Assembly: GCA_963737655.1 (NCBI GenBank)
Contig: CAVTTN010000002.1
Coordinates: 512,001 to 576,000, forward strand
From: an uncultured Planctomycetota bacterium
GTDB lineage: Bacteria; Planctomycetota; Planctomycetia; Isosphaerales; Isosphaeraceae
DNA: 64,000 bases
Direction of reading: 5' to 3'
Shown here piece after piece: positions 24,128 through 33,152 of the stretch; the first letter of the stretch is position 1; every line of letters starts with the position of its first letter. A program made the position numbers and the translations under genes. Under the pieces are notes generated by a model. The model was not told the DNA's origin, did no database searches, and saw only the letters and a list, made by a program, of their open reading frames with translations.

Positions 24128-24787
24128 ATGAACGTGATCGAGACCGAATTGCCGGGCGTGGTGATCGTCGAGCCCCGGGTCTTCCGGGACGATCGGGGCT
24201 ACTTCCTGGAGACCTGGAACGGGGCGAGATATGCCTCGGCCGGCCTGCCGGATCGGTTCGTCCAGGACAACCTCTCGTTCTCGACCCGAGGCGTCCTCCG
24301 AGGGCTTCACTACCAGCATCCCCACGGCCAGGGGAAGCTGGTCTCGGTCGTCCGGGGCGAGGTGTTCGACGTCGCGGTGGACGTCCGCCTCGGCTCGCCG
24401 AGCTTCGGCAAGTGGGTGGGCGTCACCCTCTCGGCCGAGACCGGGCGAGAGCTGTACATCCCGCCCGGATTCGCCCACGGGTTCGTGGTCCGGGGCGATT
24501 CGGCCCTGTTCAGCTACAAATGCACCGAGTATTACCAGCCGGAGAGCGAGGCCAGCCTCGCCTGGGACGACCCCGACCTGGCGATCGCCTGGCCCGAGGA
24601 CGCGCCGAGGCTCTCGCCCAAGGACGCCGCCGCCCCTCGCCTGCGAGACGTCCCGACCGACCGCCTTCCCGTCTACCACGAAGGCCGGACCCGGGCCGAG
24701 CACGGCCACGACGCGAACCTTCTCCGACCGGCCGCCCTCCGATCCCGAGTCCTGGCCGCCCGGCCCGAGGGCCTCGCCAACTCCTGA
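24128..24787 (+). CDS. rfbC: dTDP-4-dehydrorhamnose 3,5-epimerase
   Basis: DDRGYFLE, FVQDNLSFS, GVLRGLHYQ, QGKLV, DVAVDVR, IPPGFAHGF, YKC; the C-terminal tail is longer than usual. Confidence 0.95.
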   Translation: MNVIETELPGVVIVEPRVFRDDRGYFLETWNGARYASAGLPDRFVQDNLSFSTRGVLRGLHYQHPHGQGKLVSVVRGEVFDVAVDVRLGSPSFGKWVGVTLSAETGRELYIPPGFAHGFVVRGDSALFSYKCTEYYQPESEASLAWDDPDLAIAWPEDAPRLSPKDAAAPRLRDVPTDRLPVYHEGRTRAEHGHDANLLRPAALRSRVLAARPEGLANS

Positions 24788-24884
24788 GCCGCCCGCGAAC
24801 CCAACGGACGCCGGCAGGAGGGGGCTTCCTTCCCCCTCCTCCGCCTGATAAGATTCCACCATCGCCGCTCGACGCGATCTCCTC

Positions 24885-24958
<74 letters not shown>

Positions 24959-25271
24959 CTTTTAAGATCGTGTCGCCAAAGGACTTGTGGCGATCTTGAG
25001 AAAACGACTTTCGCCCTAGTGCCGGTCGTTCACAAGATTTCACAAAACCGAACCCAGGCCGTCACGATTCACGGAGAGCCGGTAGCGGGAGCTTTCCCCG
25101 GTCATGGGGACGCTCCCGCTCTTTTTTGAAGCGGGCCAACGGCTGCCCATCACCAGGCGACACCCCCGTCCGTGCCGGATGGGGACGCTCTCCGGTCAAT
25201 TGAGGCAAGAGGACAGCCCGCCCAGGGCTCTCTGCTCACTGGCGTGAGCGGCCACCCCACGACCGGGGTCC

Positions 25272-26693
25272 TCAACTCGCCCGGACATCTCGCTTCTCCA
25301 GTTCGGCGGCGATCTGCGAGGCGAGCGACCAGTTGCGGTTGGCGATGGCGGCGTCCAGCCTCTCTCGCAGGGGGTCGATCCCCGGCTCGGTTAACCCGTA
25401 CCTCTCGGCCACCGCCGGGGGCAGGCTGGCGGCGATCCGGCGGAAGGTCCGGTTGCTCTTGGCCCGCATCTCGTCGTCGGTCTCCTTGACGTAGCTCGTC
25501 ATCATCACGCCCTCGCCCAGGCGGGCGTCGGAGGAGACCTGGCGGTTCAGGTCCTCCCCGCTGCGGGCGTACTGGAGGCTGGTCTTGCGGAAGATGTGCA
25601 GGTAGGCAGGCCCCTTGGGGAGGGACCTCGACCAGGCGATCACCCGCTCGTAGAACCAGTCGCCGAGGTTCTCCGGCTGGAACTGCCCGGCCACCCGCAG
25701 CGCCATCCAGGGGCGTCGGCCCGCCTCGTGGAACCGCCGCAACTGGTCGTTGTAGGCGGCGAACACGAAGGGGCTCGTCGTCCTCGACGAGAGCAACTCC
25801 TGGTAGAGGGGCTCGGGGATGCGGAACCACTTGTCGATGCCCCACTTGCCGATGATCTTGAAGTGGTGCTCGCTCCCGATGACCTTCAGGTCTTCCCACT
25901 TCAGGCCCATGACCTCGCTCTTGCGGCCCCAGGACCAGAGGCAGACCTTGGCGACCGAGGCGGCGACGGTGACGCCGGGCCATTCGGAGCCGAGGTAGTC
26001 CAGCAGCGAGATCAACTCCTCGGCGTCGAACTGGCGGATCGGCTTGTCGTATCCCTCGATCCACGAGAACTTCCGCCACGGGTTTTCCGTGAGCAGGAGG
26101 GCGTCATCGACCACGCCCCGGACGCACTTCTTCGCCGGGGCATTCCGGTTGGCCCGCTCGAACGCCGCCTGGAGGGCGACCGACCACTTGATGACCGTGT
26201 TCGGGCTGAGCGTTCCGACCCCTTGCCTGCTCTTCGGGTACAGCGACCTCCAGTTCTTCGGCTTCGTGAGGGCCTGGGTCTGGAATTTCTCGCAGTCGGC
26301 GGCGGTGGCCGTCGTGATCGGGAAGATCCCGAGGATCGCCCGGAACGCCGAGATCGCCTCCAGGCACGCCGCCAGCGATTTCTCGGCCCGCTTCTGTGCG
26401 TCCTGCGACTTCCGCTTGGCGAAGTGGCGGCGCTGGATCTCCTCGAATTCCTCGTCACCGAGGACCGTCCGAGCGACCAACGCCTTCTTCCCGCCGTTCT
26501 TGAGCATGTCCCCGACGATCGTGATCGCCTCGCCGACGGTCGCCGCCCCCGTGGATCGGCTCGCCTTGAGGCCGGGCCAGTAGGCGTACCAGGAGGTCCG
26601 GGAGCCGCCGGGTGGATGCAGCACGACGGTGACGGGCGAGCCGCCCACGACCACGGTGATCTTCTTCTTCGTCTCCTTGGTTTTCCTCGGCAT
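25272..26693 (-). CDS. tyrosine recombinase / integrase (473 aa)
   Basis: WGRKSEVMGLKWED (catalytic R), IIGK (K), HIFRKT (HxxR), MMTSYV (Y); adjacent to a tRNA. Confidence 0.88.
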   Translation of the reverse strand: MPRKTKETKKKITVVVGGSPVTVVLHPPGGSRTSWYAYWPGLKASRSTGAATVGEAITIVGDMLKNGGKKALVARTVLGDEEFEEIQRRHFAKRKSQDAQKRAEKSLAACLEAISAFRAILGIFPITTATAADCEKFQTQALTKPKNWRSLYPKSRQGVGTLSPNTVIKWSVALQAAFERANRNAPAKKCVRGVVDDALLLTENPWRKFSWIEGYDKPIRQFDAEELISLLDYLGSEWPGVTVAASVAKVCLWSWGRKSEVMGLKWEDLKVIGSEHHFKIIGKWGIDKWFRIPEPLYQELLSSRTTSPFVFAAYNDQLRRFHEAGRRPWMALRVAGQFQPENLGDWFYERVIAWSRSLPKGPAYLHIFRKTSLQYARSGEDLNRQVSSDARLGEGVMMTSYVKETDDEMRAKSNRTFRRIAASLPPAVAERYGLTEPGIDPLRERLDAAIANRNWSLASQIAAELEKRDVRAS

Positions 26694-26761
26694 CCCGTCC
26701 CCTCTTCGAGTTGATTCGGCCCTCGCCGAAATCCTATTGGGCAGGCAAGCGTCGCCCGTCT

Positions 26762-27652
26762 TCAACGGGCGGCGATCCAGGCGTCGATGGCACCACGGTG
26801 GAACTTCCAGGGCTTGCCGTCGCCCGTACCCAGGACGAGGCAACCCAAAGGGATCTTTCCCTGCCGGGCCAGGTCGGCGATCCATGTCGTGGTGCAGCCC
26901 AGGCGACCGGCGACGTACGACGAGTCCACGATGTCGGGAGGAGGCGGGTCCATGACATCGGCGATCCGCCTGATGTCGGCGATGAGCGACGAGAGGTCGG
27001 GGTGTGAGGGCAGCGGCGGGACGGCCAGGTGGCGACTCTGTTTCCCTGCGAGGCCATCCAGGAACTCATCGACTTGCGTCTCGGTGATCCTGATCGAGCC
27101 GTCTTTAATGCGATGTACAGGAAGGCCCTCGGACACCATCACCTCGAAGTCCGCCGCACCCATCGTGAAGAGGTTGCAGAACTCATCCTTCGTCCAAACT
27201 TGCCCTACTCCCTTGCGGCCAGACGGCCTGATGAACTCCAGAGTCTCGCCATGCCCGAGCAGGTGGTTCTCGGAGACGGCGTGGCCTCCGATCATTGCGA
27301 TAGCGTCGGGGGCGATGTTGAAAAGGCCGGACACTTCGTGACGAACTCGACCCACGTCCTGACCCCCGAGCGGAAGGACGTCCTCGTTCGCCCCGTGGAT
27401 GACGCAGACCAGGCCCGGCTCGGAGGCCGGGACTTCGAGGCGTTTCCGGGAGGCGACCATGCGTCCGGCATGTGCCTCCACCTCCTCGGGGCTGGCGAAT
27501 CCCGACTCGAACAGGCGGAAGGGTGGGCGGACCGTTGCCGCTGAATCGTGGTTATCACTTCTTGCATCTCCGGCTGAACCCGATCGATCATGTTCCATCC
27601 GTCGAAACCCTCGTTTATGGCGGAACTCACACGCCGTAGGCTCGATTGCCAT
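26762..27652 (-). CDS. excisionase-like protein: ubiquitin-like (beta-grasp) domain plus two MerR/HTH_17-type HTH domains
   Basis: C-terminal VAGRLGCTTTWIADLARQGKIP...WKFHRGAIDAW; middle WTKDEFC...GLPVHR...IRITETQVDEFL; upstream FNIAPDAIAMIGGHAV...LGHGETLEFIRPSGRKG; start uncertain (27652 or 27598). Confidence 0.7.
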   Translation of the reverse strand: MAIEPTACEFRHKRGFRRMEHDRSGSAGDARSDNHDSAATVRPPFRLFESGFASPEEVEAHAGRMVASRKRLEVPASEPGLVCVIHGANEDVLPLGGQDVGRVRHEVSGLFNIAPDAIAMIGGHAVSENHLLGHGETLEFIRPSGRKGVGQVWTKDEFCNLFTMGAADFEVMVSEGLPVHRIKDGSIRITETQVDEFLDGLAGKQSRHLAVPPLPSHPDLSSLIADIRRIADVMDPPPPDIVDSSYVAGRLGCTTTWIADLARQGKIPLGCLVLGTGDGKPWKFHRGAIDAWIAAR

Positions 27653-27674
27653 ATCGTTCGCCTGCGACCCGGCC

Positions 27675-28602
27675 TCAAGCGAGCCCCGCAGGGAGCAATC
27701 CCTCGTCACGCAACTCGGAGATCCGCCGATAGAAGCCTGCCCGGCTCCCTCCCGTCCGCTCCTTCCATTCCCTGACCCGCTCCTGCTTGCCGTCGTTGGA
27801 GGCCCAGATATCCAGGGCGATTCGCCTCTCCACTTCGAGCCGCTCGGACCGGCTGATGTCGTTGGTGGGGTGCTTCGGCTCGAAGAGTTCCTGGCGGATC
27901 GATGCTTCGACAAGATCCTTCCAGTGGCTCTCGCTCTGCCTCGCCTCCCAAAGCTGGTAGTCTCGCAGCGCCTTGTCCACGAACAGCCTCAGGCTGGGAC
28001 GCAACTCGTACTCGTGCAGGCGATTCAGCAGGTGGCCGAGCACCTGGACGCAGGATCTCGGCGGTATTCCGTGGTGCCCTCTGGCTGCGATGGAATGCAT
28101 CAGGGCGACCATCTGCTCGTCGCTCGGCTCGTAGTGGATCACATGCACCCGATCCCGGAGGGCTCGGGTCACTTCTCCGTGGTGGCCCGCCAGCGGCAGG
28201 TTGCTGATGCCGATGATCGCCCCCCTGAAGGCGATGACCATATCGTCGCCCGACTTCTTGTAGCGGACGTAACGCACGTTCGTCCCGTCGTGGCTGTTAC
28301 CCAGGGCGGCAAGGAGGATCTGGAGGGCGATCGGGGCGTTGAAGGTCTGCTGGATGTCGTCCAGGACGATGATCCGGTCGTGGTTCTCGGCGAGAAGTTC
28401 GAACAGTCCCTTCGGCGTCAGGATGACCGTTGCTGTAGGCGTGTTGGACGGCCAAGTGGTCGAGCGTGGACCGGACGGTGTAGGTCTTGCTCGTGCCGGG
28501 GCGACCGTGCAGATAGACGCCGGTCGCCTTCCTGTGGATGCAGGCACGCACCCGGTCCCTAACGATCGTGAGGCTCTGTTCGAGCGACTGGAGGTGGTTC
28601 AC
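27675..28602 (-). CDS. P-loop NTPase (AAA-like) with C-terminal HTH; frameshifted at ~28421
   Basis: GTG after GGAG; Walker A GRPGTSKT in one frame, then (NGH)LTPKGLFELL, Walker B IIVLDD and GGSRAGFYRR in the next frame; one extra base joins them. Confidence 0.75.
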
Positions 28603-28769
28603 GGTGCAGTCTCCGTTCTCAGATTTCTCACTATTCCGAAGTGAGACGGAGAGGGCCGTCTCAGCAGTACGGACACCCGTCGGTTCAAGGCATTCCTCCG
28701 AAGGAGCCAGTGGGCCGGACCGTGGCCGCTTGCCCTCATGTCTCAACGCCGCCAAGCCTGTCGGATCGG

Positions 28770-29534
28770 CTACCCGCTCCGTAAGAGTTGCCGGGCCGTG
28801 TCGCAATAAGCCCGGTCGATCTCGACCAGTGTGCAGTCCTGGATTCCCAGCCGCAGGCAGGCCCGCCCCGTGTTGCCGATCCCGGCGAAGGGGTCCAGGA
28901 CCTTCAGGTCGGGGCGGACGCCGTGCAGGCGTAGGCATCGCTCCGGCAACTCGGGCGGGAAGATGGCGGGATGCGGTGCTTGACCTTTCCTCGGGACGTG
29001 CGGGATGGGCCAGATCGAGCCGCCGCAGCACCGTTCCCGTTCAGGCGACCAGCGATCCCGATTGGAATCGGACCGTGGGCGTCCGACGCCTTCGGCGTAC
29101 TTGTCGATCGGGCGTCTCCCGGTGTGAGAGAACAGGTAGACGAATTCGTGATGCTTGTCCGGTTGGTACGGCGATTGGCCGGGCCGGAACTGACCACGCT
29201 GGGTGCCGTCCTGGTCGGGGAGTGACTTGGCCCAGATCACCTCGAATTGCTCGACGAGATACTGGGATGCGATGGCACGCAGGTCGTCCGTCAGGGTCGG
29301 GTTCCTGGCGAAGTCGCCGATCTGTAGCCAGAATGTGCCTTCCGGGTGCAGGACCCGAGCGACTTCTCGCAGCCAGAGATCGCACCACGACAGGAACTCC
29401 CTGCGAGGACGTCGATCGTTGTACCTGGAGTAGCGGACTGCGAGGTTGTACGGAGGGCTGGTGACGATCACGTCTACGGAAGCATCGTCCACCCTCATCA
29501 AGTATTCCGTACTATCGGCGTTGATGACCCGCAT
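28770..29534 (-). CDS. beta-class N4-C/N6-A DNA methyltransferase
   Basis: Motif IV VTSPPYN near the N-terminus; HPAIFPPELP; motif I VLDPFAGIG near the C-terminus. Confidence 0.92.
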   Translation of the reverse strand: MRVINADSTEYLMRVDDASVDVIVTSPPYNLAVRYSRYNDRRPRREFLSWCDLWLREVARVLHPEGTFWLQIGDFARNPTLTDDLRAIASQYLVEQFEVIWAKSLPDQDGTQRGQFRPGQSPYQPDKHHEFVYLFSHTGRRPIDKYAEGVGRPRSDSNRDRWSPERERCCGGSIWPIPHVPRKGQAPHPAIFPPELPERCLRLHGVRPDLKVLDPFAGIGNTGRACLRLGIQDCTLVEIDRAYCDTARQLLRSG

Positions 29535-29718
29535 GTTCGTCCGACCTTTGGGTACGAAGGTGTCAAACTCGTGATCGGCTTCAAACAGGAGAGATGCGGG
29601 TAGCTGAACTCGTCATGGGAGAAGCGAGAGCTAGTCTGGTCGGCTCGGGACAGCCTCAAGCACCGACAGGATGGTCGCCCCGAAGCTCCGGCGGGCCACC
29701 ACCCTCTCCCGGCCCCGA

Positions 29719-30525
29719 TCAGGCCATCGACTTGACGATCGATTCGAACTCGGCCATCAGCACCCGACGTTCCCCTAGAGTGGGCATCGGTCGCTCGCCC
29801 ACGCCCGGCATTTCGTCATAGGTCTGTCCGTCCAGTTCTCGCCCGGTCTTCTTCTTGTTGAAACCGCCCCATTGCTTGAAGAAGAACGGGACGCCGGTGT
29901 CCCGGCACCGGTCCCTAATCGAGCGGACCCAGGCCGAATCCATCGGCCTCGCCCCGTGGCCGCTCTCGCCGCCGACGATCACCCAGGAGATCCCGCCCAG
30001 TTCGAGGGGGCCGAGGTCCTCCAGAAGCGGCTCGACGGATAGGAACCGCACCTTCGCCGGGGCGGCTCGCAGGTGCTCCACCCTGGGCAGGCCGTGGCGG
30101 CGGTTCTCGACGCTGACGCCCCACCAGATGTGCGGCTCGTCGGCGGCGTCATGCAGCTTCGTGAGGAGGAGGTTCCGGAGCCGCTCGGAGCGCTTGGTCA
30201 GGACTTGATACGTGTGCCAATTGGCGAGACGCATGACCCGGACGACGGCCAGGATGTAGTCGTCGGGGACGTCCTCGTGGAACAGGTCGCTCATCGAGTT
30301 GACGAAGACGAGCTTGGGGGACGACCACCGCAACGGCTCGGCGAGTTTCTCGGGAACCAGGCGCAGGTCGAAGCCCTGCTCGTAAGGATGGCCTGGGACA
30401 TCCCGGAACCGCTCGGCGAAGGTCTCGGCGTAGCAGTGGGCGCAGCCGGGGCTGATCTTCGTGCATCCCCGGACGGGGTTCCAGGTGGCGTCCGTCCATT
30501 CAATCGTCGAGTTGTCGCCCATCAT
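29719..30525 (-). CDS. phage Gp37/Gp68 family (DUF5131) protein
   Basis: STIEWTDATWNPVRGCTKISPGCAHCYA, FVNSMSDLFH, YQVLTKR, FLSVEPLL, WVIVGGESG, FFFKQWGG. Confidence 0.93.
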   Translation of the reverse strand: MMGDNSTIEWTDATWNPVRGCTKISPGCAHCYAETFAERFRDVPGHPYEQGFDLRLVPEKLAEPLRWSSPKLVFVNSMSDLFHEDVPDDYILAVVRVMRLANWHTYQVLTKRSERLRNLLLTKLHDAADEPHIWWGVSVENRRHGLPRVEHLRAAPAKVRFLSVEPLLEDLGPLELGGISWVIVGGESGHGARPMDSAWVRSIRDRCRDTGVPFFFKQWGGFNKKKTGRELDGQTYDEMPGVGERPMPTLGERRVLMAEFESIVKSMA

Positions 30526-30569
30526 CGCTCCAAACCGGCCCAGGCCGGGAAATTGAACTCTCGTTTAGG

Positions 30570-32182
30570 CAGTAGTTTCCCTGGAAATCGACACTCTCGT
30601 CGCGACGTCGCGTAGCATCTCCGTCCCCTCGACGCCGCCGAGCGGCTCCCGAGGCCCTGAAAACCAGGCGTCCGACACCTTGAGTGCGTCGGATCCATCT
30701 GCGATACTTCATCGCGGCCTACACTCAGGCCACTTTCTCCTCGTGTTTCAGCCAGTTCGAGAGGAGACGCTGGATTTCCGGCCGATGACGCCTCAGCAAC
30801 CGCTCCACGTCCAGCACGCTCGCTCGGTCCTTCTTCTTGTTCCACGGCGGCGGCGACCACCAATCCGTGCATCCTCGCTCATCCAACGCGAATTGCAACA
30901 GCCGCAGCAGGCTCATAGTGATCCATTGCACCTGCGTCGTCCGCTCGATCGGCGACTTCGTCCAGGCTCGACACTCCTCCCATCCCAGCCTCTGCTTCAG
31001 GTCCCGGAACCCGTCCTCCTGGCGGAACCTCACGGCGAACAACTCGACCATCTCCAACCCGCTCAGACCCAACGCCGAACTCACCACCGTGAATCGCTTC
31101 TGGTAACCCTCGACCTCGGCCACCACCGCCTTGACCGTCACGTCATGTCCGAGCACCCGCCAGAGGCAGGCGATCTCCTTCCAACGGACCTTTCGCACCC
31201 GGCCGTAGATAAAGGCCTCGCCCTTCTTCCAATCCCCGGGCCAGCGTCCCCCCTGGCGAGGCGGGGACAGCTTCTTGCCCCACACGGGAGTCCGGCCTCG
31301 TTTCCCCTTGGGTCGCTTGGCCGGCGGCAGGGCGTGGAGTCGGGCGTCGTGCCGCAACCGGGTCAGGAAGTCGATGCGAGGCAAGCCCTCTTCGGCCATG
31401 ACCAGTGGCCGAACGACATTCTTCAGGGCGTAGCCGCCGTCGAAGACGCCCAGGTGAGGCCCGGCGTTGATCCGGGCCTGTTCCCGCAGCAGTTCGACGG
31501 CCAGTTCGCACTTGGTCCGGAAGACCTGCTTGGGGCCGGCGACGCCACAGCGGAAGGGGAGTTGCGACTTGCGGAAGTAGAGCCGCCCGGAGATCGGCAG
31601 ATACCAGGCGGGCTGGCCATCGTTCTTGAGCAAGGCCCCGAGGCAGACCCAGTTGTGAGCCCGGACGGTGGTGGCCCGGTTGGGACAGCGAGCGGTGTAT
31701 TCGTGGAAGGTGCATGTGCCCCAGACGTGCTCGCCCGAGCGATGGACCTTGGTGTCATCGACGGCCGAGATCCGATAGCCGTGCCAGATCCGGCCGGGAG
31801 CCTCGTCGATGAGTCCGGAGAGGTTGCTGGTGAGGATCTCGGGCTTCCAGACGGCGTACTCGGCGAAGGATTCCAGGGCCTTCCAGTCGGCCAGTCGCTC
31901 GATGGCGACGACCGACTGGGTGATGGTGTGCTCCTCGACGTTGAGGGATAGAGCGGTGACCCACTCGACGAAGCGGCGGTAGCCGGGTCGAGTGAATGCG
32001 GAGGCGAAGGGTTTGAGGAGTAGTTGCCAGAGGGACCAGACGACTGTAGCCTGCCGCATCGGGGCATCTCCGTTTGCGGAGTTGATGGGAGGGTAAGCAC
32101 CCATCAAGGTCCGCTGGGGAGATGCCCCGCTCAAGATATACGGAACTTCAGATCGGTTGCTCGATTTTCAGGGAAACTACTG
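30570..32182 (-). mobile_element. intact 1,613-bp insertion sequence (IS701/IS4-like DDE)
   Basis: 22-bp terminal inverted repeats CAGTAGTTTCCCTG(G/A)AAATCGA with 1 mismatch; flanking direct repeat TTTAGG at 30564-30569 and 32183-32188. Confidence 0.93.
30725..32059 (-). CDS. DDE transposase (IS701-like)
   Basis: SAVDDTK, VFDGGY, RFRQEDGFRDLKQRLG; lies inside the inverted repeats. Confidence 0.92.
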   Translation of the reverse strand: MRQATVVWSLWQLLLKPFASAFTRPGYRRFVEWVTALSLNVEEHTITQSVVAIERLADWKALESFAEYAVWKPEILTSNLSGLIDEAPGRIWHGYRISAVDDTKVHRSGEHVWGTCTFHEYTARCPNRATTVRAHNWVCLGALLKNDGQPAWYLPISGRLYFRKSQLPFRCGVAGPKQVFRTKCELAVELLREQARINAGPHLGVFDGGYALKNVVRPLVMAEEGLPRIDFLTRLRHDARLHALPPAKRPKGKRGRTPVWGKKLSPPRQGGRWPGDWKKGEAFIYGRVRKVRWKEIACLWRVLGHDVTVKAVVAEVEGYQKRFTVVSSALGLSGLEMVELFAVRFRQEDGFRDLKQRLGWEECRAWTKSPIERTTQVQWITMSLLRLLQFALDERGCTDWWSPPPWNKKKDRASVLDVERLLRRHRPEIQRLLSNWLKHEEKVA

Positions 32183-32267
32183 TTTAGGATGACACGGAGG
32201 CCCTCGACCGCAACGGCAGGCTAGCTCTTGCGGCAGGGAAGCGACTTGTCTCGTTTGGGGCGAAGGA

Positions 32268-32456
32268 TCAGGAACAGACGTAGTTGGTCAGTTCTGCGCC
32301 GACATTGACCTGGAGAATCTGCCGGTCGTCCCACGGTTCGTCCACGTCCTTGCGACGGAAGCGAAACGTGGTGCACCTGATCTCGAAAACGCAGTCATCG
32401 CCGTTGATCCTGCACTCTCCTTGAGTGGCGGCGTTCGGCAAGCTGACGATCAACAT
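32268..32456 (-). CDS. small hypothetical protein (62 aa)
   Basis: ATG preceded by AAGGAG; divergent from the XRE gene. Confidence 0.5.
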   Translation of the reverse strand: MLIVSLPNAATQGECRINGDDCVFEIRCTTFRFRRKDVDEPWDDRQILQVNVGAELTNYVCS

Positions 32457-32564
32457 TCTGCTTCTCCTTTCTTGGGTGAGACATTTCGGCTGTGCTCCTG
32501 CTACATGCGAAGTCGGTCTGGCATCCGCAGGCTTGTAGGGGGATCTTACGGTTCCTGAGACGTG

Positions 32565-32617
32565 TCGCCAAGTGGCGCCGAAGTCACTTGATGTTGACCA
32601 AGTGACGCCAAATGGCA
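32565..32617. promoter_or_regulatory. putative operator cluster between divergent genes
   Basis: Palindrome GTCACTTG-N8-CAAGTGAC (32583-32606) plus direct repeats CCAAGTGGCG, CCAAGTGACG, CCAAATGGCA in 10-bp phase. Confidence 0.55.
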
Positions 32618-32672
32618 ACAATGAGGAGGCGACAATGCGGCTCTCCAGCGGCAGCATTTGGGAGGAAATGAG

Positions 32673-33146
32673 ATGGCTGAAGCCACTAATGATGAAGCCT
32701 ACAGGGCTGCGGCGAGGGAGAGGGGGGAAGCGTTCTTCTCCGAGGTCGCCCTCAAGCGTGCCTCGGCATTCGGCGGACAGACGCTCAAGTCGTGGCTCAA
32801 GGAGCGGATCGAAGCGAGCGGCCTCGCCCCCGCCGAGCTTGCCGATAAAGCGGAGGTCAACAGGTCGCTCATCTACCGGTTCGTGAACGATCAGAGGGAC
32901 CTGTCGCTCGATACGATTGATAAGCTACTGCCGCATCTCGATCTCGCCATCGGCGAGAAACTGAGGGCGGGCAGCATCGCCGTCCAGCGGGTGGACGACT
33001 GGCAGGATCGCCTCGCCTCGATCGAACAACTCGCCGGGTCTCTTGAGGAGATCGACAAGGCGCTGGAACGCCTCAAGACGTTCGTCGGCGTCCTGCGGAG
33101 CATGGACCTGACTGACCCCCCAGGTCATGCCAGGGACTTCAAATAG
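32673..33146 (+). CDS. XRE-family HTH transcriptional regulator
   Basis: LKERIEASGLAPAELADKAEVNRSLIYRFVNDQRDLSLDTIDKL, followed by a coiled coil; GGAGG RBS. Confidence 0.85.
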   Translation: MAEATNDEAYRAAARERGEAFFSEVALKRASAFGGQTLKSWLKERIEASGLAPAELADKAEVNRSLIYRFVNDQRDLSLDTIDKLLPHLDLAIGEKLRAGSIAVQRVDDWQDRLASIEQLAGSLEEIDKALERLKTFVGVLRSMDLTDPPGHARDFK

Positions 33147-33152
33147 GCATCA

